DNA from: Octopus sinensis
Taxonomy: Eukaryota
Reading direction: 5' to 3'
Assembly (NCBI RefSeq): GCF_006345805.1
Contig: NW_021834406.1
Location: forward strand, 1 to 49,555
DNA: 49,555 nucleotides
Positions 22,455-36,379 of this stretch are shown one piece after another. A program made the translations under genes and the position numbers. The notes under the pieces were generated by a model. That model was not told where the DNA came from. It made no database searches and worked only from the letters and a program-made list of their open reading frames with translations. Each line of letters opens with the position of its first letter. The stretch's first letter is position 1.

Positions 22455-23668
22455 CGTATATATGTTCCTTCTTCGCACTTCCATTTTTTATTCATTTCTA
22501 CTATCACCTTCCTTCCATTTCCATCGCCGAATATTTATTTTAAATAATTTTTTCTTTTATTGTACTCTATCTGTATTCTATTAGTGTGTGTGTGTGTGTG
22601 TATGTGTATGAGCGTGTATGTGTCAGTATATATGTGTGTGTGGTGTGTGTATACATACACGTATGCTTATAGTAATATATACCTACATACAAACGTACTT
22701 ACATATTTATTATGTGTGCATTCGTGAAAGCGCATATTTCAGAGCACCTGAAAGAGAATGACGTAATGTTCTTGAATCTGTGAAAACCTTAATAGTAAGA
22801 CACCCACCATGTTGTAATGACTTCATTTTTATTGATTTCCATGGACGTATCTTGTATTTCAATAAAGTCTCAATACATAGACAACTTGTCTATGGCAACA
22901 ACCCTCTTCCTTTATTAAGATTTTCATCGTTATTTGTTCCACATTTATTTTTATATAGCTTCGTTTAAACGCAGCATATAGGATAGCAATATCCATTTCT
23001 CTTCACAGGTTCTCGAAGAACCTGATGAGAAACAGAGAGAGAAAATCCCAATGATGTTTCTGCTTTATTAGACCTTACTACTGAAATAATCTGTCAATGC
23101 AAGTTCTTAGTACTACTAGAAAAGAAAATAGGATGCTTGAGTATTCTGAGTACGTCTCCTATTATTTCTTACGAGACCATTGTTAATTATATCACTTCGT
23201 AACTTGAGTAATAAATTTTAGAAATGCTTAGGGTAATGATGATTACCATAACGAAAACTTGAAACCGGATCCAAATGCTTGCAACAGAGTCGACTCTACT
23301 AAATCCAACCTTTATGCCTGCTGGTGGTGTAAATTGGGTGACGTATTTAAACTTACTGCCTACAAAATCCCTAGTGGGCTATGAACTTAGAACGTATGGC
23401 GCTCAAACGAATAATGCAGAATATTTTCTACGATGCTCTTACATTTTCCTCAGTCCACATTCATAGATATGTAATTATTTTGGGTGTAACACGGCGAATA
23501 TGCATCTTTTTATGAACTCTTTTTCTAATACTGAGTGAATTCATTTACTTTCTAACCACGTTAAAGGGGGTTCAATCCTCGGGAAGTGTCTTCTACTATA
23601 CTCCGGGATGACAAATAGTTGTAGATGAATTTGTTCCAGGGAATCTATTTGGAAGTCCATCGTATATG

Positions 23669-23700
<32 letters not shown>

Positions 23701-23734
23701 TGTATGTATGTATGTATGTATGTATATATATATC

Positions 23735-23772
<38 letters not shown>

Positions 23773-23773
23773 A

Positions 23774-23918
23774 TAACAATTAAGGATAACTTCTTAATAA
23801 GGAATCTTAACAAGAAAAACCTCATAAGAGAAAAAAAAATTCTCTTATGAGGTTTTTCACGCTATCTACCTGATAATTCTTGTTAAGATTCCTATTAAGA
23901 AGTTATCCTTAATTGTTA
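23774..23918. repeat. Foldback palindrome with asymmetric insert
   Basis: TAACAATTAAGGATAACTTCTTAAT..AATCTTAACAAGAA and AAACCTCATAAGAGAA pair with downstream reverse complements; ~20-nt insert on the right arm. Confidence 0.9.
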
Positions 23919-24084
23919 AATAATTTTATTCCGAAAAAACTTTTCCTATCCGAAATGCAATTCGAAGAAGCCTGCCATTTACCGGATGTATATATGTAAA
24001 CTTCCCATGTGCTTCGTTGGAGTAGAACAGATAGCTGTTCGGCTTTGACGGTGCGAGGTCGTTTATTTATGATATGTCAGAATC

Positions 24085-24147
24085 AGTCTTGCTGATGAGT
24101 ACAGTCGTAACTGCGGTAAGTACGAAATCCACAGGTGATACAAGACT
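24085..24147 (+). ncRNA. Type I hammerhead ribozyme, canonical core
   Basis: AGTCTTG-CTGATGA-GTAC-(17 nt)-GTAC-GAAA-TCCACAGGTGA-TA-CAAGACT; 7-bp helix I, G-C closing helix II, predicted cleavage after A24140. Confidence 0.8.
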
Positions 24148-24424
24148 AAATTCATTTTTTAATGTCTTGCTTTGAAAAATTGCATTGGGTATGATTAGTA
24201 AAATTTTTTGGTAGAAATGACTAATGTCCCTCTTAGCGTGTGGTATGTATGTGTAATAATGCCCTCTATATATAAAAAAAAATAAAATATATATATATAT
24301 AAAGAATAACTTAATATGATTGCACAATGATTAGAAAATGAATATTCGATGTATATTTTTCAGGTTATTAAACTATTAATTACATACTGTATATATATAT
24401 AAGCGTATATTTCTATATATCAGT

Positions 24425-24457
<33 letters not shown>

Positions 24458-26364
24458 AATTGTTTTAAATCTTTGAGAGAGAGATATAGAGTAAAAGTAC
24501 CGGATAGTAATGTTTCTATGCCAACAGAATGTGGCAATCCAATCAAGGACAATGTTATTGTTGTTTTAATACCCGTAAAACATCTTTCCCAGGAGGCTAT
24601 CACCACACAGTTTGTGTCCGTATACCATTTGCACGGGAGGTCATCGCACCCAACTCTAGCCTCACTTGATACAGACCTAAGTTCCTGGAAGTTATCCGTC
24701 CTCAGTGTGAGACAACTATAAGCCAGTGACGAAAGCTCTCTCTACTTCCAAATACTATATATTTTTTAAGCAACATACAGTCGCTGATCTCATACAGAGA
24801 AAAAAACAACGTGTTTGAAATCTCTGAAAGATAACCTCCCTTGCAAATGCTATACCAACAAAAACTGTGTGTCGATAACCAGCTGGAAAAGATGTTTGCT
24901 TGGGGCTTAAACAACTGTAACATCGTAATATCATCCTTTATAGGACTGTCACATTCTGTTGGCATGTAATCATTACTATATATATTGAGTATAACCAGCC
25001 GAAATTGCAAAGATAATATGGAACTTGACTGAGGATAGAAAACTCCGAATGATCCGTCCTTGCTTTGCTTGTATCTTTTGTCTGGATATTTTGTTGTCCC
25101 TTTTTGGTATCACCTAAAAAATAAAAAATAAAAACTAAGTTACTGGTGCATCGATGACAATTCGAAACTAAGATGACTTGGAATAGGAAGGATTTCCCTG
25201 ATAGACGAAAGTCTAGAGTCGTGAAAAGTAGACAGAAGTCGTCATTGGCCTATGATCTATTGTGAGCAAAGGGCTTAACAAAAAGCATAATACGAAACAG
25301 CTTTAGTAGCTAAATCCCCACACTCTCTATGCATTCCTGGATATATGATACTTATAAAAGGAAAGGAGTGATTACAGACTGAGCACATTTGAAAGATGTA
25401 CCTCTGCTTACCCAAAGAGAGCTGACCTGAGGCTAAACAATGAAAATGAATTGTAGGCTGGCTGCTGAAAAAATTCCTATAAAAATTTCTAAAAGATGAT
25501 TCAAGCAACTATGGGACAGCAATGATGTGGTGGGAAGTACTCAGCGGCATCATTTGTGCAGCCCTTTCAGATTTCATTCATAAAAAACTTAAATACTTCA
25601 CTAGTCATTCCAAGAAACGTAACATATATTTTATTAATAAAATCTCATAAGGCCGGAACGACTAGAATTTTCACCGTATTGTGTATGTGCAACAGCATTT
25701 CCCATTGCATTCTAATTATAATAAATTTTTATTAATCTGAATTCCAGCAGTTACTTCCCCTACCCTTTTCTTGATAAGAATTAGTTTATGAGTATTTTTT
25801 ATTCGCAATGAAGGTCATTTTAATTGATTAAAACATCCTTGCTTTATTTCATCAAATACAGCCTAGTAACACTGAGGTAATTAAATGACAGACATTTACA
25901 CTTTCTCTTTACTTTCAAAAGCACTGTCTCCACAAATGCTCGGGTGTGATTTGTAACCCGATTCCAAGTTACTAAAAGGCATTACTGTTGTGCTCAAAAA
26001 TGTTCAGGTCTGAGAACTTTAAAAAAAATCGGTTCTTCAAATATTGGCTCTTGATATTGTTTTCAATTATTCTAACGTAAAATTGGCACAAATTGGCATT
26101 ATTGACGCTAATCACAACATTCTTGTATTGAGATAATCAAAATCGCCTACAGAAATATTGGTAAATCTTTTAAGTGCTAAACTTCGTGTGAAATCGGTGT
26201 CTGTTAATACACTCACAGACACAGATGCATACGCACACACGCACACAACACAGACACATTTTGTATATAATATAAACATATATACACGTATGTGTAAGGA
26301 TATACGTGTATCCAACACACATATATATATATGTATATATATATATACATGTATACATACATAC

Positions 26365-26437
<73 letters not shown>

Positions 26438-26739
26438 GGAGTCCTTGTGTAAGCATAAGCATACATATGAGAGTGTGTAAGCGAGTATACTTACACCCAC
26501 CCACCACAACACACACATACACATACACACCAGTGACATACGCTTGCAATGACAAAAGATTTTTTTTCCACACAAGATTTAGTTCGAAGCAGCTTTTACA
26601 ATAAAATTTCCATACAAATTTAAAGTTTCGGTTACTGAACTCGCGTTTACACTAATCTTTCAAATGTACATTTCACTCACCTACACAAAATATTTCAAAT
26701 TTAACTCTGTGAAAACTTGAATATTTTAAAAGTGATTCT

Positions 26740-27340
26740 TATTTCTTTATTGCCCACAAGGGGCTAAACATAGACGGGACAAACAAGGACAGACAAACGG
26801 ATTAAGTCGATTATATCGACCCCAGTGCCTAACTGGTACTTATTTAATCGACCCCAAAAGGATGAAAGGCAAAGTCGACTTCGGCGAAATTTGAACTCAG
26901 AACGTAACCGCAGACGAAATACCTGTTTCTTTATTACTCACAAGGGGCTAAATATAGAGGGGACAAACAAGGACAGACAAACGGATTAAATCGATTATAT
27001 CGACCCCAGTGCGTAACTGGTACTTAATTTATCGACCTCGAAAGGATGAAAGGCAAAGTCGACTTCGGTGGAATTTGAACTCAGAACGTAACCGCTGACG
27101 AAATACCTGTTTCTTTATTACCCACCAGGGGCTAAATATAGAGGGGACAAACAAGGACAGACAAACGGATTAAATCGATTATATCGACCCCAGTGCGTAA
27201 CTGGTACTTAATTTATCGACCTCGAAAGGATGAAAGGCAAAGTCGATTTCGGCGGAATTTGAACTCAGAACGTAACGGCAGACGAAATACTGCTAAGCAC
27301 TTCGCCCGGCGTGCTAACGTTTTTGCCAACTTGCCGCCTT
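26740..27340 (-). mobile_element. SINE family C trimer (three 184-bp units, one head)
   Basis: Units 26740-26923, 26924-27107 and 27108-27291, plus head to 27340. Confidence 0.92.
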
Positions 27341-27814
27341 CGAGAGAGTGAATGTTAGAAGTCAACAGAGAAGAGCTGAAATTAACAAGCAGTAGCAGAG
27401 GGAAAGTAAAGATGACTAAATCGATGTAGATCATACTATAAATTATAGACATCAAATCCATAACCATGTTTACACACACACTCAAACACATGCGAAATTC
27501 TGTGTGTTACATACACACACACACACACATAAATGACTACAGTTTATATAGCTAGACGGAAAAATATTTATAAACGTTTGGCAGGTAGAGGTAAAATAGG
27601 ATTACAGACCCATTTGTATACAAATCTACAAATATATATGTCTGTGTGTTTGTGTGGTCGTGAGATGGAATTATAAAAATATAAACTTTTTCCTCATGAG
27701 CCATCAATGTGCAGGAAAATAGATGTTTCTGACGACTAGCTTTTAAGCTCGTTGACCAGTCTTCAGAAATGTGTGTCGGATTTCGTTTCCGAATCGTTCA
27801 CCACAGTAAAGATA

Positions 27815-28187
27815 TGGATGGAAGCACTCCGTCGGTTACGACGACGAGGGTTCCGGTTGATCCGAATCAACGGAACAGCCTGCTCGTGAAATTAACGTGT
27901 AAGTGGCTCAGCACTCCACAGACATGTGCACCCTTAACTTAGTTCTCGGGGATATTCAGCGTGACGCAGAGAGTAACAAGGCCGGCCCTTTGAAATACAG
28001 GTACAACAGAAACAGGAAGTAAGAGTGAGAGAAAGTTGTGGTGAAAGAGTACAGCAGGGATCACCACCATCCCCTGCCGGAGCCTCGTGGAGCTTTTAGG
28101 TGTTTTCGCTCAATAAACACTCACAACGTCCGGTCTGGGAATCGAAACCGCGATCCTATGACCGCGAGTCCGCTGCCCTAACCACTG
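27815..28187 (-). mobile_element. SINE family A, near full length
   Basis: Highly similar to 37483-37862; lacks ~14 nt of the head. Confidence 0.92.
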
Positions 28188-28813
28188 ATATATATAAATA
28201 TATAAACCACTGATATATATATATATATAAAGATATACTATATTAAGCAATCAGAAATTAAGCAATGTCAGTTATGGATAGCTAAATTTGTATATTGTTG
28301 TTTGTGACAGCTTTTGATTTCTTAAATAATGTTAAAGGTGCGTTTAACAAATATTCAACTTTATATTCCTCGCCAAAACTAATGCGAAAATTTTCCCGCA
28401 TTCGCAAGAATCATCTCTCACCGAAAGAATTTTGCTGGTGTGGCATTAATTTTGGCGGGAAAAGGTTATAATCGGATAGCTTTCGAATACACCTCGTATA
28501 TTTTATGCCCACACAGTAAGAATAAAGAGAAGGCCATTAAATGAATGGAAATACAGTTTCGGTATATAGAACATTATTAGAATATGCTATGATTCTATGC
28601 TTTTTGGCGATTTCTTGTCTGTGCATTGTTTGAAGTATTCCTCGCAAATATTACGTCGGAGACACTGACTTTTCTTTTGTCGTTGAGACTGCAGTAGAGT
28701 TTGTATATTCGTTGACGACGATAACTTTTTCTTCCTAACTATGTTTAACAATTTCCTACATCTATCTCATCCTCACTTGTGCTCTGTCTGGTTGTCTGAC
28801 TGTTGTGTGTGTA

Positions 28814-28846
<33 letters not shown>

Positions 28847-29125
28847 GTGTGTGTGTGGTGTGGGTGTGTGTGTGTGTGTTGTGTGTGTTGTGCGCGCGCG
28901 TATGTGCGCACGATGTGTGCATGTGTGTGTGTGCTGTGTGCGCATGTGTGTATGTATATACATATATCTATAACTATATGTCTGTGCCTATGTATATATG
29001 TACAGACACATATATATATGCTTATTTTATATGTATGCACGTATGTATGCATGCATGTATGTATGCATGCATGTATGTATGTATGTATATATGTATGTAT
29101 ATGTATATATATATGTATGTGTGTG

Positions 29126-29159
<34 letters not shown>

Positions 29160-29483
29160 CATACATATATGTCTATGTACATATGTAGAAAGAGACGTGG
29201 GGAAGGATAGATAAACGTAAAGATAATAGAAAAAGAGTGAAAAACGAAAAAGTGATTGTTAGACGTTTTTAGAAATATATTATTAGTCGCCAACGAACGT
29301 AGCGAAAATAACTATAAGTGTATGTACGTATGTATGTATGTATATATATGTGTATGTATGATGTAGGGGGTGGGTGAACAAAAACAGACGCACAAATATA
29401 TACACATACATACATACATACATATATACATATATGTATCTATATCTAACTATCTATCTATCTATCTATATATAATATAATAA

Positions 29484-29530
<47 letters not shown>

Positions 29531-29855
29531 ATATATATTATATCTTCGCCATTAAATCATGGCAATATTGCCTGTTATTTCTTTTAAACAAAAATTACCC
29601 TGAAGAGACCCATATGCATTAATGTGAATTTTTATAACTTCATTAGTGGGTATGAGGAAAACAAATTATTTTATTATATTTCTTTTTATTTTTTTATTTT
29701 ATCATATCATACAATATCTTTTTATAGTATAATTATACTATATTATAATGTAAATAAATTTTTAATGGCAATTGTATTTCTCTATTTCATCTCTGTTTCT
29801 TTCTCTATTTGTAAATGAATATATACACACACACACATATATATATATATGTATA

Positions 29856-29901
<46 letters not shown>

Positions 29902-30222
29902 TATATATAGAATATATATATATATATATATGATGAAGGGCAATGTTCTTTATGTTGCATATCTCCTTTCTCTGTTTGTTGTTTTTTTTCGTTGTTCGAA
30001 AAAAGTTCGTTTTCTAAGTTTTTGCTTTTATGTATTCGTTTCTCATGGTGTCTACGTTTTTTTGTTATGTAACCATATATGCATGTATATATATATACAT
30101 ATATATGTAGGTATGTACCTATATGTCTATATGCATATATTTATATATTATTTATTCATTATATGATCGAACGCACGCATCCTTTTCCAAGTAGGTTTAA
30201 TCTTCTATATATAATTATATAT

Positions 30223-30253
<31 letters not shown>

Positions 30254-30316
30254 GTGTGTGTGTATGTATGTATGTATATATAACATATGTGTGTATATAT
30301 ATATATATATATATTA

Positions 30317-30348
<32 letters not shown>

Positions 30349-30405
30349 TTAGTAGTAGTAACAGAAAAGACGAATTTCGGTTGTCCCACGTGGTGGGTTG
30401 TAATG

Positions 30406-30651
30406 TATATAAGAAATTAAAAAAAGAAAATACGCACACTTACATGGTTTTAATATAATTTTGAATATATCGACCGGTTCGCTATCGCTATTCATGATAT
30501 AATGTTTAATTATATGAATATATATTTCTTAAGAGGAAATTTGGTCCATGTTGTGTGTGATGAAATTCACGAGTGAAACCGGTCGATATATTAAAAAATC
30601 ATATTGAAACCATGTAAGTGTGCGTATTTTCCTTCTGTAATTTCTTATATA
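30406..30651. repeat. Inverted-arm element (~75-bp arms) derived from a PLE terminal region
   Basis: 30406-30480 is the reverse complement of ~30576-30651; it carries the ACCGGTCGA hammerhead-end motif shared with the PLE at 4124-5320. Confidence 0.8.
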
Positions 30652-30674
30652 TATATATATCTATGTGTTTGTGT

Positions 30675-30742
<68 letters not shown>

Positions 30743-31540
30743 TATGTGTATATTATATATATGTGTGTATATATATATATTGTAAGAGTAGGTATATAAT
30801 ATTCAGACAGATAACGAATTTCTCTATGTAAAGTGCAAACACTGGTCCCTTCAGATTTTGCGTTATATGGTCCTTTAACTCCCATCTGATGTTACAGTTT
30901 ATTCCAGGCTACTTTGAATGTAAAGTACAATATTGATAATAAGGAGAATGAAGAATTTGAACGTTCAAATTTTATGTTTATTTACACTTGGTTTATTCAT
31001 AATAATGTATGTGTCTATGTGTGTCCATGTATGTAACTGTGTGTCTGTGTGTGCGTGTGTATGTATGTGATATATAAGTCTGTATACATATGACGTAAGA
31101 ATAAACTACATGTGGATGATGACACACCAGCATGGGATATTTGATAAGAAAGATACCCACGATATAACCGGTTACATGGCTATATATCTCATTTACGAGA
31201 GTATGAATAAATAAGTAAGTCAGAGAGGAGGTATGTTAACAGGCTGTCTGTGTGAAATGTGTAATATAAATACATATATACACACACTTATTATACACAT
31301 AAACATATATATGGATATATACACATATTATGTACAGCTCTGAGCTGAAACAATAAAAACGAAATATATATATATATATACAAATCTATATATATGTGTG
31401 TGTGTGTTTATATGTATGTATATGTATAGATATATATCTATCTATCTATATACGTATAGATATATATCTATCTATCTATATATGTATACATATACATATA
31501 TAATACATATATATATACATACATATATATATATATACAT

Positions 31541-31599
<59 letters not shown>

Positions 31600-31953
31600 G
31601 CACATACAAGTGTACAATTGTGTACATTCAATTATGTACATTCATAGATGCAACGCCTGTGCTTACATTCCTCTTAATATAAATTTGAATATAGAAAATA
31701 AAATAACTATGAAAATATAAAAATTATAAAATAAATATATTGATAGAACTAAAACTAAGCATAAAATAAATTTAATGACATAAGCAAAGAACAAAGATAT
31801 GATATAAGGATACAGACTTTTACACATTTATAAATGTTTATATAGACATAAAAATTATCACACACACATACGTCTACTCAGAAACACAGACATACGTATA
31901 CAGAAACACAGACATAGACGCACGCACAAACGCGCGCGTACACATACTAACAG

Positions 31954-32010
<57 letters not shown>

Positions 32011-32424
32011 ATATCTATATATAATATATATATATATATTATATATTATTTATGTATATCCACGTCAACTGACTGGGACAAGTAAAAGAAAAAAGAAAAG
32101 AATATATATGTGTGTGTGTGTGTGTGGCAGAATTATATATAAAGCTATAAGAGTTGTCAGTTCGTTCAAGGTTGTTCCTCTCAAGCACATCCGATCGACA
32201 AGAGTTAGCAAAGTCGAAACATGAATGTCTCAGATTCTCGAAAGACACCGACACTGAACGAACGGGGTATTTTCACATCTTTTTACGATAAGGGAGAAAT
32301 TTTCTCTATGTTAACTGTAGTGTATTTGCCCTTAGCAGTTGAAATATGTGACATATTTCAACTGACCTAAGGTTATTTTATCCTGAATTCTATCAAGAAT
32401 AAATGATATATATATATTTATATA

Positions 32425-32583
32425 TGACGACCATCTTTCAGTCGACCAAATTTACTCACATGGTTTGGGGTGACCCGAGGCTATAGTAGAAGGCACTTGA
32501 TCAAGATGACAAGCAGTGGAACTGAACAAAGAACCATAGGGTTGGGAAGCAAATTTCTTACCACACAGTCACAGCTGCACCTA
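32425..32583 (-). mobile_element. SINE family B 5' half, diverged
   Basis: CCGAGGCTATAGTAGAAG..CAGTGGAACTGAAC..TTCTTACCACACAG. Confidence 0.7.
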
Positions 32584-33104
32584 TGTCCCATACACACATA
32601 TTGACATAATTTGGAATTACTTGCCCAAAGGAGTAGCGTATAGAACAATCATGGCAACTTGAAGCACTTCGATTTTTGGAATGGCATGGTAACAAAAAAA
32701 AAAAACGTGATAATTTTTAGTAGATGAATCAGCTTCACTTCGAAAAAGTTTGCCCACAACTAGTATGGAGCCAAAGACCAAATTTGATGACAGTCGTACA
32801 ATCCAAGATTACATCAGTGTTTTAAACAAATTTATAACGAGGTTTTATCTGGATGAGAATTTCTGAAAATATTAAAAACACAAGTCATCAACAAGTCTCT
32901 CCGAATACATGTGGTTACTGAAAGAATCTAGGATAGTTCCTCTCAAAAAGAACTGATCAGTAATACAATAAGGAAGCCCATATAGAGATGGTTCCTACAA
33001 CTATTTCATTAGATGCTCATTATCTTTGAGAAATATTTTTCGTGTTTTGAGTGGAGTTGGCTTTTTTTTTTTACTAAAAAACTGAATTATTGATGTTTAT
33101 GTCT

Positions 33105-33320
33105 ATCTTTTGCTTGCAGTGGACGCCTGCTATGCTGGAGCACTGCACAGAGGCGTTTTGTCGAACAAATCAGCCCCAAGACTTTTCCTTTTAAGTCTCG
33201 TACTTATCCTGTCGGGTCTGTTTTGTTGATCGGCTAAGTTACGGAGGCATAAACAAGCCAATTCCACTGACAAGCAGTTTTCAGCAACAAACACAACTCA
33301 AACTCAGATACACACACGCA
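33105..33320 (-). mobile_element. SINE family B 3' half, diverged
   Basis: ATGCTGGAGCACTGC..GTCGAACAAATC..GGCTAAGTTACGG. Confidence 0.6.
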
Positions 33321-33395
33321 CACGCATATATATATATATCATTATCTCTTTTTCTTTGTATATATACACACAAACATCATATACATATAACTACT

Positions 33396-33430
<35 letters not shown>

Positions 33431-34376
33431 GTATGTGTATGTATGTATGTATGTATGTATGTATATTCAGTAATTTACTTATATCTATATAGTGGACACT
33501 TCTTTCGGGGAAGACTGGTGAGAGTTTCGCAATTTCTTGCGGAGCAAGCCACACAGATCATTTGTTTATTAGTGATCAAATGTTTGTGCTCTACATCAGG
33601 TTACTCCCTCCATCAAATCCACATAGCCTGCACAGATGCACAGGACGCCGTTAGCCCTGCGAGACCTTTATTGCAACCCTAATCACTAAGCTACGCCATC
33701 CTCACTTTATATATGTATTCAGTTTCCCCTACCAAATTCACCCACAAAGCATTGCCCACTAAAAAAACATGTATACGCAACAGATATTATTCAACGAACG
33801 GATGACGTCATAGCCCTCTCAGTGTACCAAGAATTTGTTACATTTAACATGAATATAGTTTGGATTATGTTGGATGTATTGTTGTTCTCCGATCTTTTGT
33901 TCCCTTTTGGCTGTTACGTTTGATCGATCTTTATACAATCTATATACGACTTTTATATAACATTTACTTAGATTTTTCTAATTCATCATATAGTTTATGC
34001 TTATGACTTTTACTAAAGATCCTTCAAGTTTTCAAATTATTGTTCTCGATTTGAATTGCTCGAATTCTTGATTTATTTATTTCATGTGTTTCATGTGTAT
34101 TTATTTTTTTCCTGCTTTCAAAAACTTTTTGCATCGTATTTTATCGATTAATATTTTTAGCCATTTTTGGTCCGTGTCGTTTTTTACTACATCTGAAAAA
34201 CTAACGGGCATCAAACGTTTTAGTCCTTGCCATCCGCACTACATCACTCTCTCCCTCTCCTTCTCTCTCTCCCACTCCCCTTTTCTCTCTCTCTCACCCT
34301 TAGTGATCCTGTATGTCTCTCTAATTGCTTTGATACATATTTTCGGATTTATTAGACCCATTCTTCTTTATGTAAG

Positions 34377-34411
<35 letters not shown>

Positions 34412-34416
<5 letters not shown>

Positions 34417-34690
34417 TATTAAATTAGAGATAAAACCACTATTAGGCAAATCAAACAATGAAAAACTTAAGCCAATACATAAAATTAATTAATTTATATT
34501 ATTTTAAATATATATCAAAAGTATTAAAAATTTAATAAAAGATAATGAGTAAAACACTACGATCGTTTCATGGCTGTCCAATTCGTAATAATTCGAGTTA
34601 TGGTTACAGTCAATCTTCAGGTAATTGAAATATTTATCTTAGCGAGGTTTGGCATATCATATATAATTGATCTTACATATCAAAGCTTAG
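34412..34690 (-). mobile_element. PLE-type terminal repeat: hammerhead plus AT-rich tail
   Basis: Hammerhead at 34555-34623, followed on the minus strand by the AT-rich family also at 5340 and 15357. Confidence 0.6.
34555..34623 (-). ncRNA. Type I hammerhead ribozyme motif, intact core, palindromic helix III
   Basis: TAC-CTGAAGA-TTGACTGT..ACAGCCAT-GAAA-CGATCG-TA-GTG; helix II has mismatches. Confidence 0.6.
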
Positions 34691-34704
34691 CAAACCACTA
34701 TCAT

Positions 34705-34721
34705 CTCTTTCTTTCTTTCTC

Positions 34722-34771
<50 letters not shown>

Positions 34772-34819
34772 TGTCTTTCTTTCTTTATTTCTTTCTTTCT
34801 TTCTCTCTCTCACTATCTG

Positions 34820-34901
<82 letters not shown>

Positions 34902-34908
34902 CATCTGC

Positions 34909-34977
<69 letters not shown>

Positions 34978-34978
34978 A
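34705..34978. repeat. Compound (CTTT)n/(CTAT)n microsatellite
   Basis: Direct inspection. Confidence 0.95.
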
Positions 34979-35572
34979 TCTTTTTCGACTTTCACTTCTC
35001 TTGCTATTTATCTCAATATCCTTTCCTTTTTTGCGCACAAATTCCCTTTAACTCCCTTTCCCGATTCTAAATTCATTTATTTATTTATGCACGATACAAA
35101 TTTAAATATGCTTTACATTTTATGTTTATTTCTTAAATCTTATTGTTAACCGCTTCGTTCTAGATTCCAGGATGTCTAATATGCTTCTTTCCCATCTTTC
35201 TGTTTGGTCGCAGATATTACAACTCTTCCGTTGTGCCAATGCATAACGTTTCGCTTTATTTAACTTTACTGCACCCATTATTAATCATTCTTTAGGTTTC
35301 TCTAACAGTCATTCAAATTATCCAACACCTTCCATGAATTTTGAATTATCATAAGCGCCTTTCTCAGCAGTTTTAAATAATTACAATTTCAATGCTGTTT
35401 AGTATTCTAAAAGTACTAAAAGTTCACATCTGTCTGATGATCGTTTACATGAAGCTCGAAATAGGTATTTGTGAAGACTTTCAGCTTTACTAAAACACTA
35501 TACGCAGATACATTTACATATATAATACGAACACTTTAGCATATACGCACGAACTCCAACCCATATATACAT

Positions 35573-35791
35573 TCTTTTATTCTTTTACTTGTTTCAGTCA
35601 TTTGACTGCGGCCATACTGGAGTACCGCCTTTAGTCGAACAAATCAACCTAAAGACTTATTCTTAGTAAGCCCAGTACTTATTCTATCGGTCTCTTTTAC
35701 CGAACCGCTAAGTAACGGGGACGTAAGCACACCAGCATCTGTTGTCAAGCGATGATGGGGGGACGAACACAGACACACAAACAGACACACA

Positions 35792-35837
<46 letters not shown>

Positions 35838-35974
35838 TATATATATATTATATATATATATACGACGGGCTTCTTTCAGTTTCTGTTTACCAAATCCACT
35901 CATAAGGCTTTGGTCGGTCCAAGGTGCAACGCAGTGGGACTGAATCAGAAACATGTGGTTAGTAAGCAATTTAC
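35573..35974 (-). mobile_element. SINE family B with short internal deletion
   Basis: Aligns to 16681-17156 but lacks the CGAGGCTATAGTAGAAGACACTTGC segment. Confidence 0.88.
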
Positions 35975-36379
35975 TTTATTTTATATCATTTGCCATAAAG
36001 GCAGTACACAGATATGTAGCTTTGCGGGCTGGACAAGACATTAATGAGGCGAATAATAATAATACAAGATGATAAAGATGGGAGAAGACAGAAAGCGCCC
36101 GCCGACCCTCTGCTTCTCTAAACTATTATTCGTTAAAAACAACGTATATAGAGGTATTAAACCTCATAGAAATATATACAAAAAAATTGGACTAGAAGTC
36201 CATCATAAACGAAACAAAATTTATACACATACATTGTGAGGCGATAAACCTCTTATACTACTCCCCAATGAACTCTTTTGTGGCATGCAGATATTCCTGT
36301 AACCCAAAAAAGGTAAATCGTAGTCCTCCTTTGGAAAGGTTCAAATGTATATATATATATATTATATATATATACAACT

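Noticed and set aside
23020-23040. CTGATGAGAAAC, and similar CTGANGA hits at ~27733, ~27760 minus, ~29600 and ~35437
   Set aside because: No coherent helix I/II/III set, consistent with chance core heptamers or remnants too decayed to call.
26740-27340. Regularly spaced repeats resembling a CRISPR array
   Set aside because: Units are 184-bp whole SINE bodies without unique spacers, in a eukaryotic context with no cas genes.
28395-28465. E2F-like TTTCCCGC / TTTGGCGGGAAA motifs (also ~16645-16675)
   Set aside because: Short motifs with no promoter or gene context; cannot be distinguished from chance or transposon remnants.
28741-29293. Long CV/YI/HT-rich ORFs here and at many other TA/CA tracts
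   Set aside because: Dinucleotide and tetranucleotide repeat artefacts.
32160-32225. Possible terminal exon FKVVPLKHIRSTRVSKVET-stop
   Set aside because: Short, no recognisable homology, purine-rich acceptor region.
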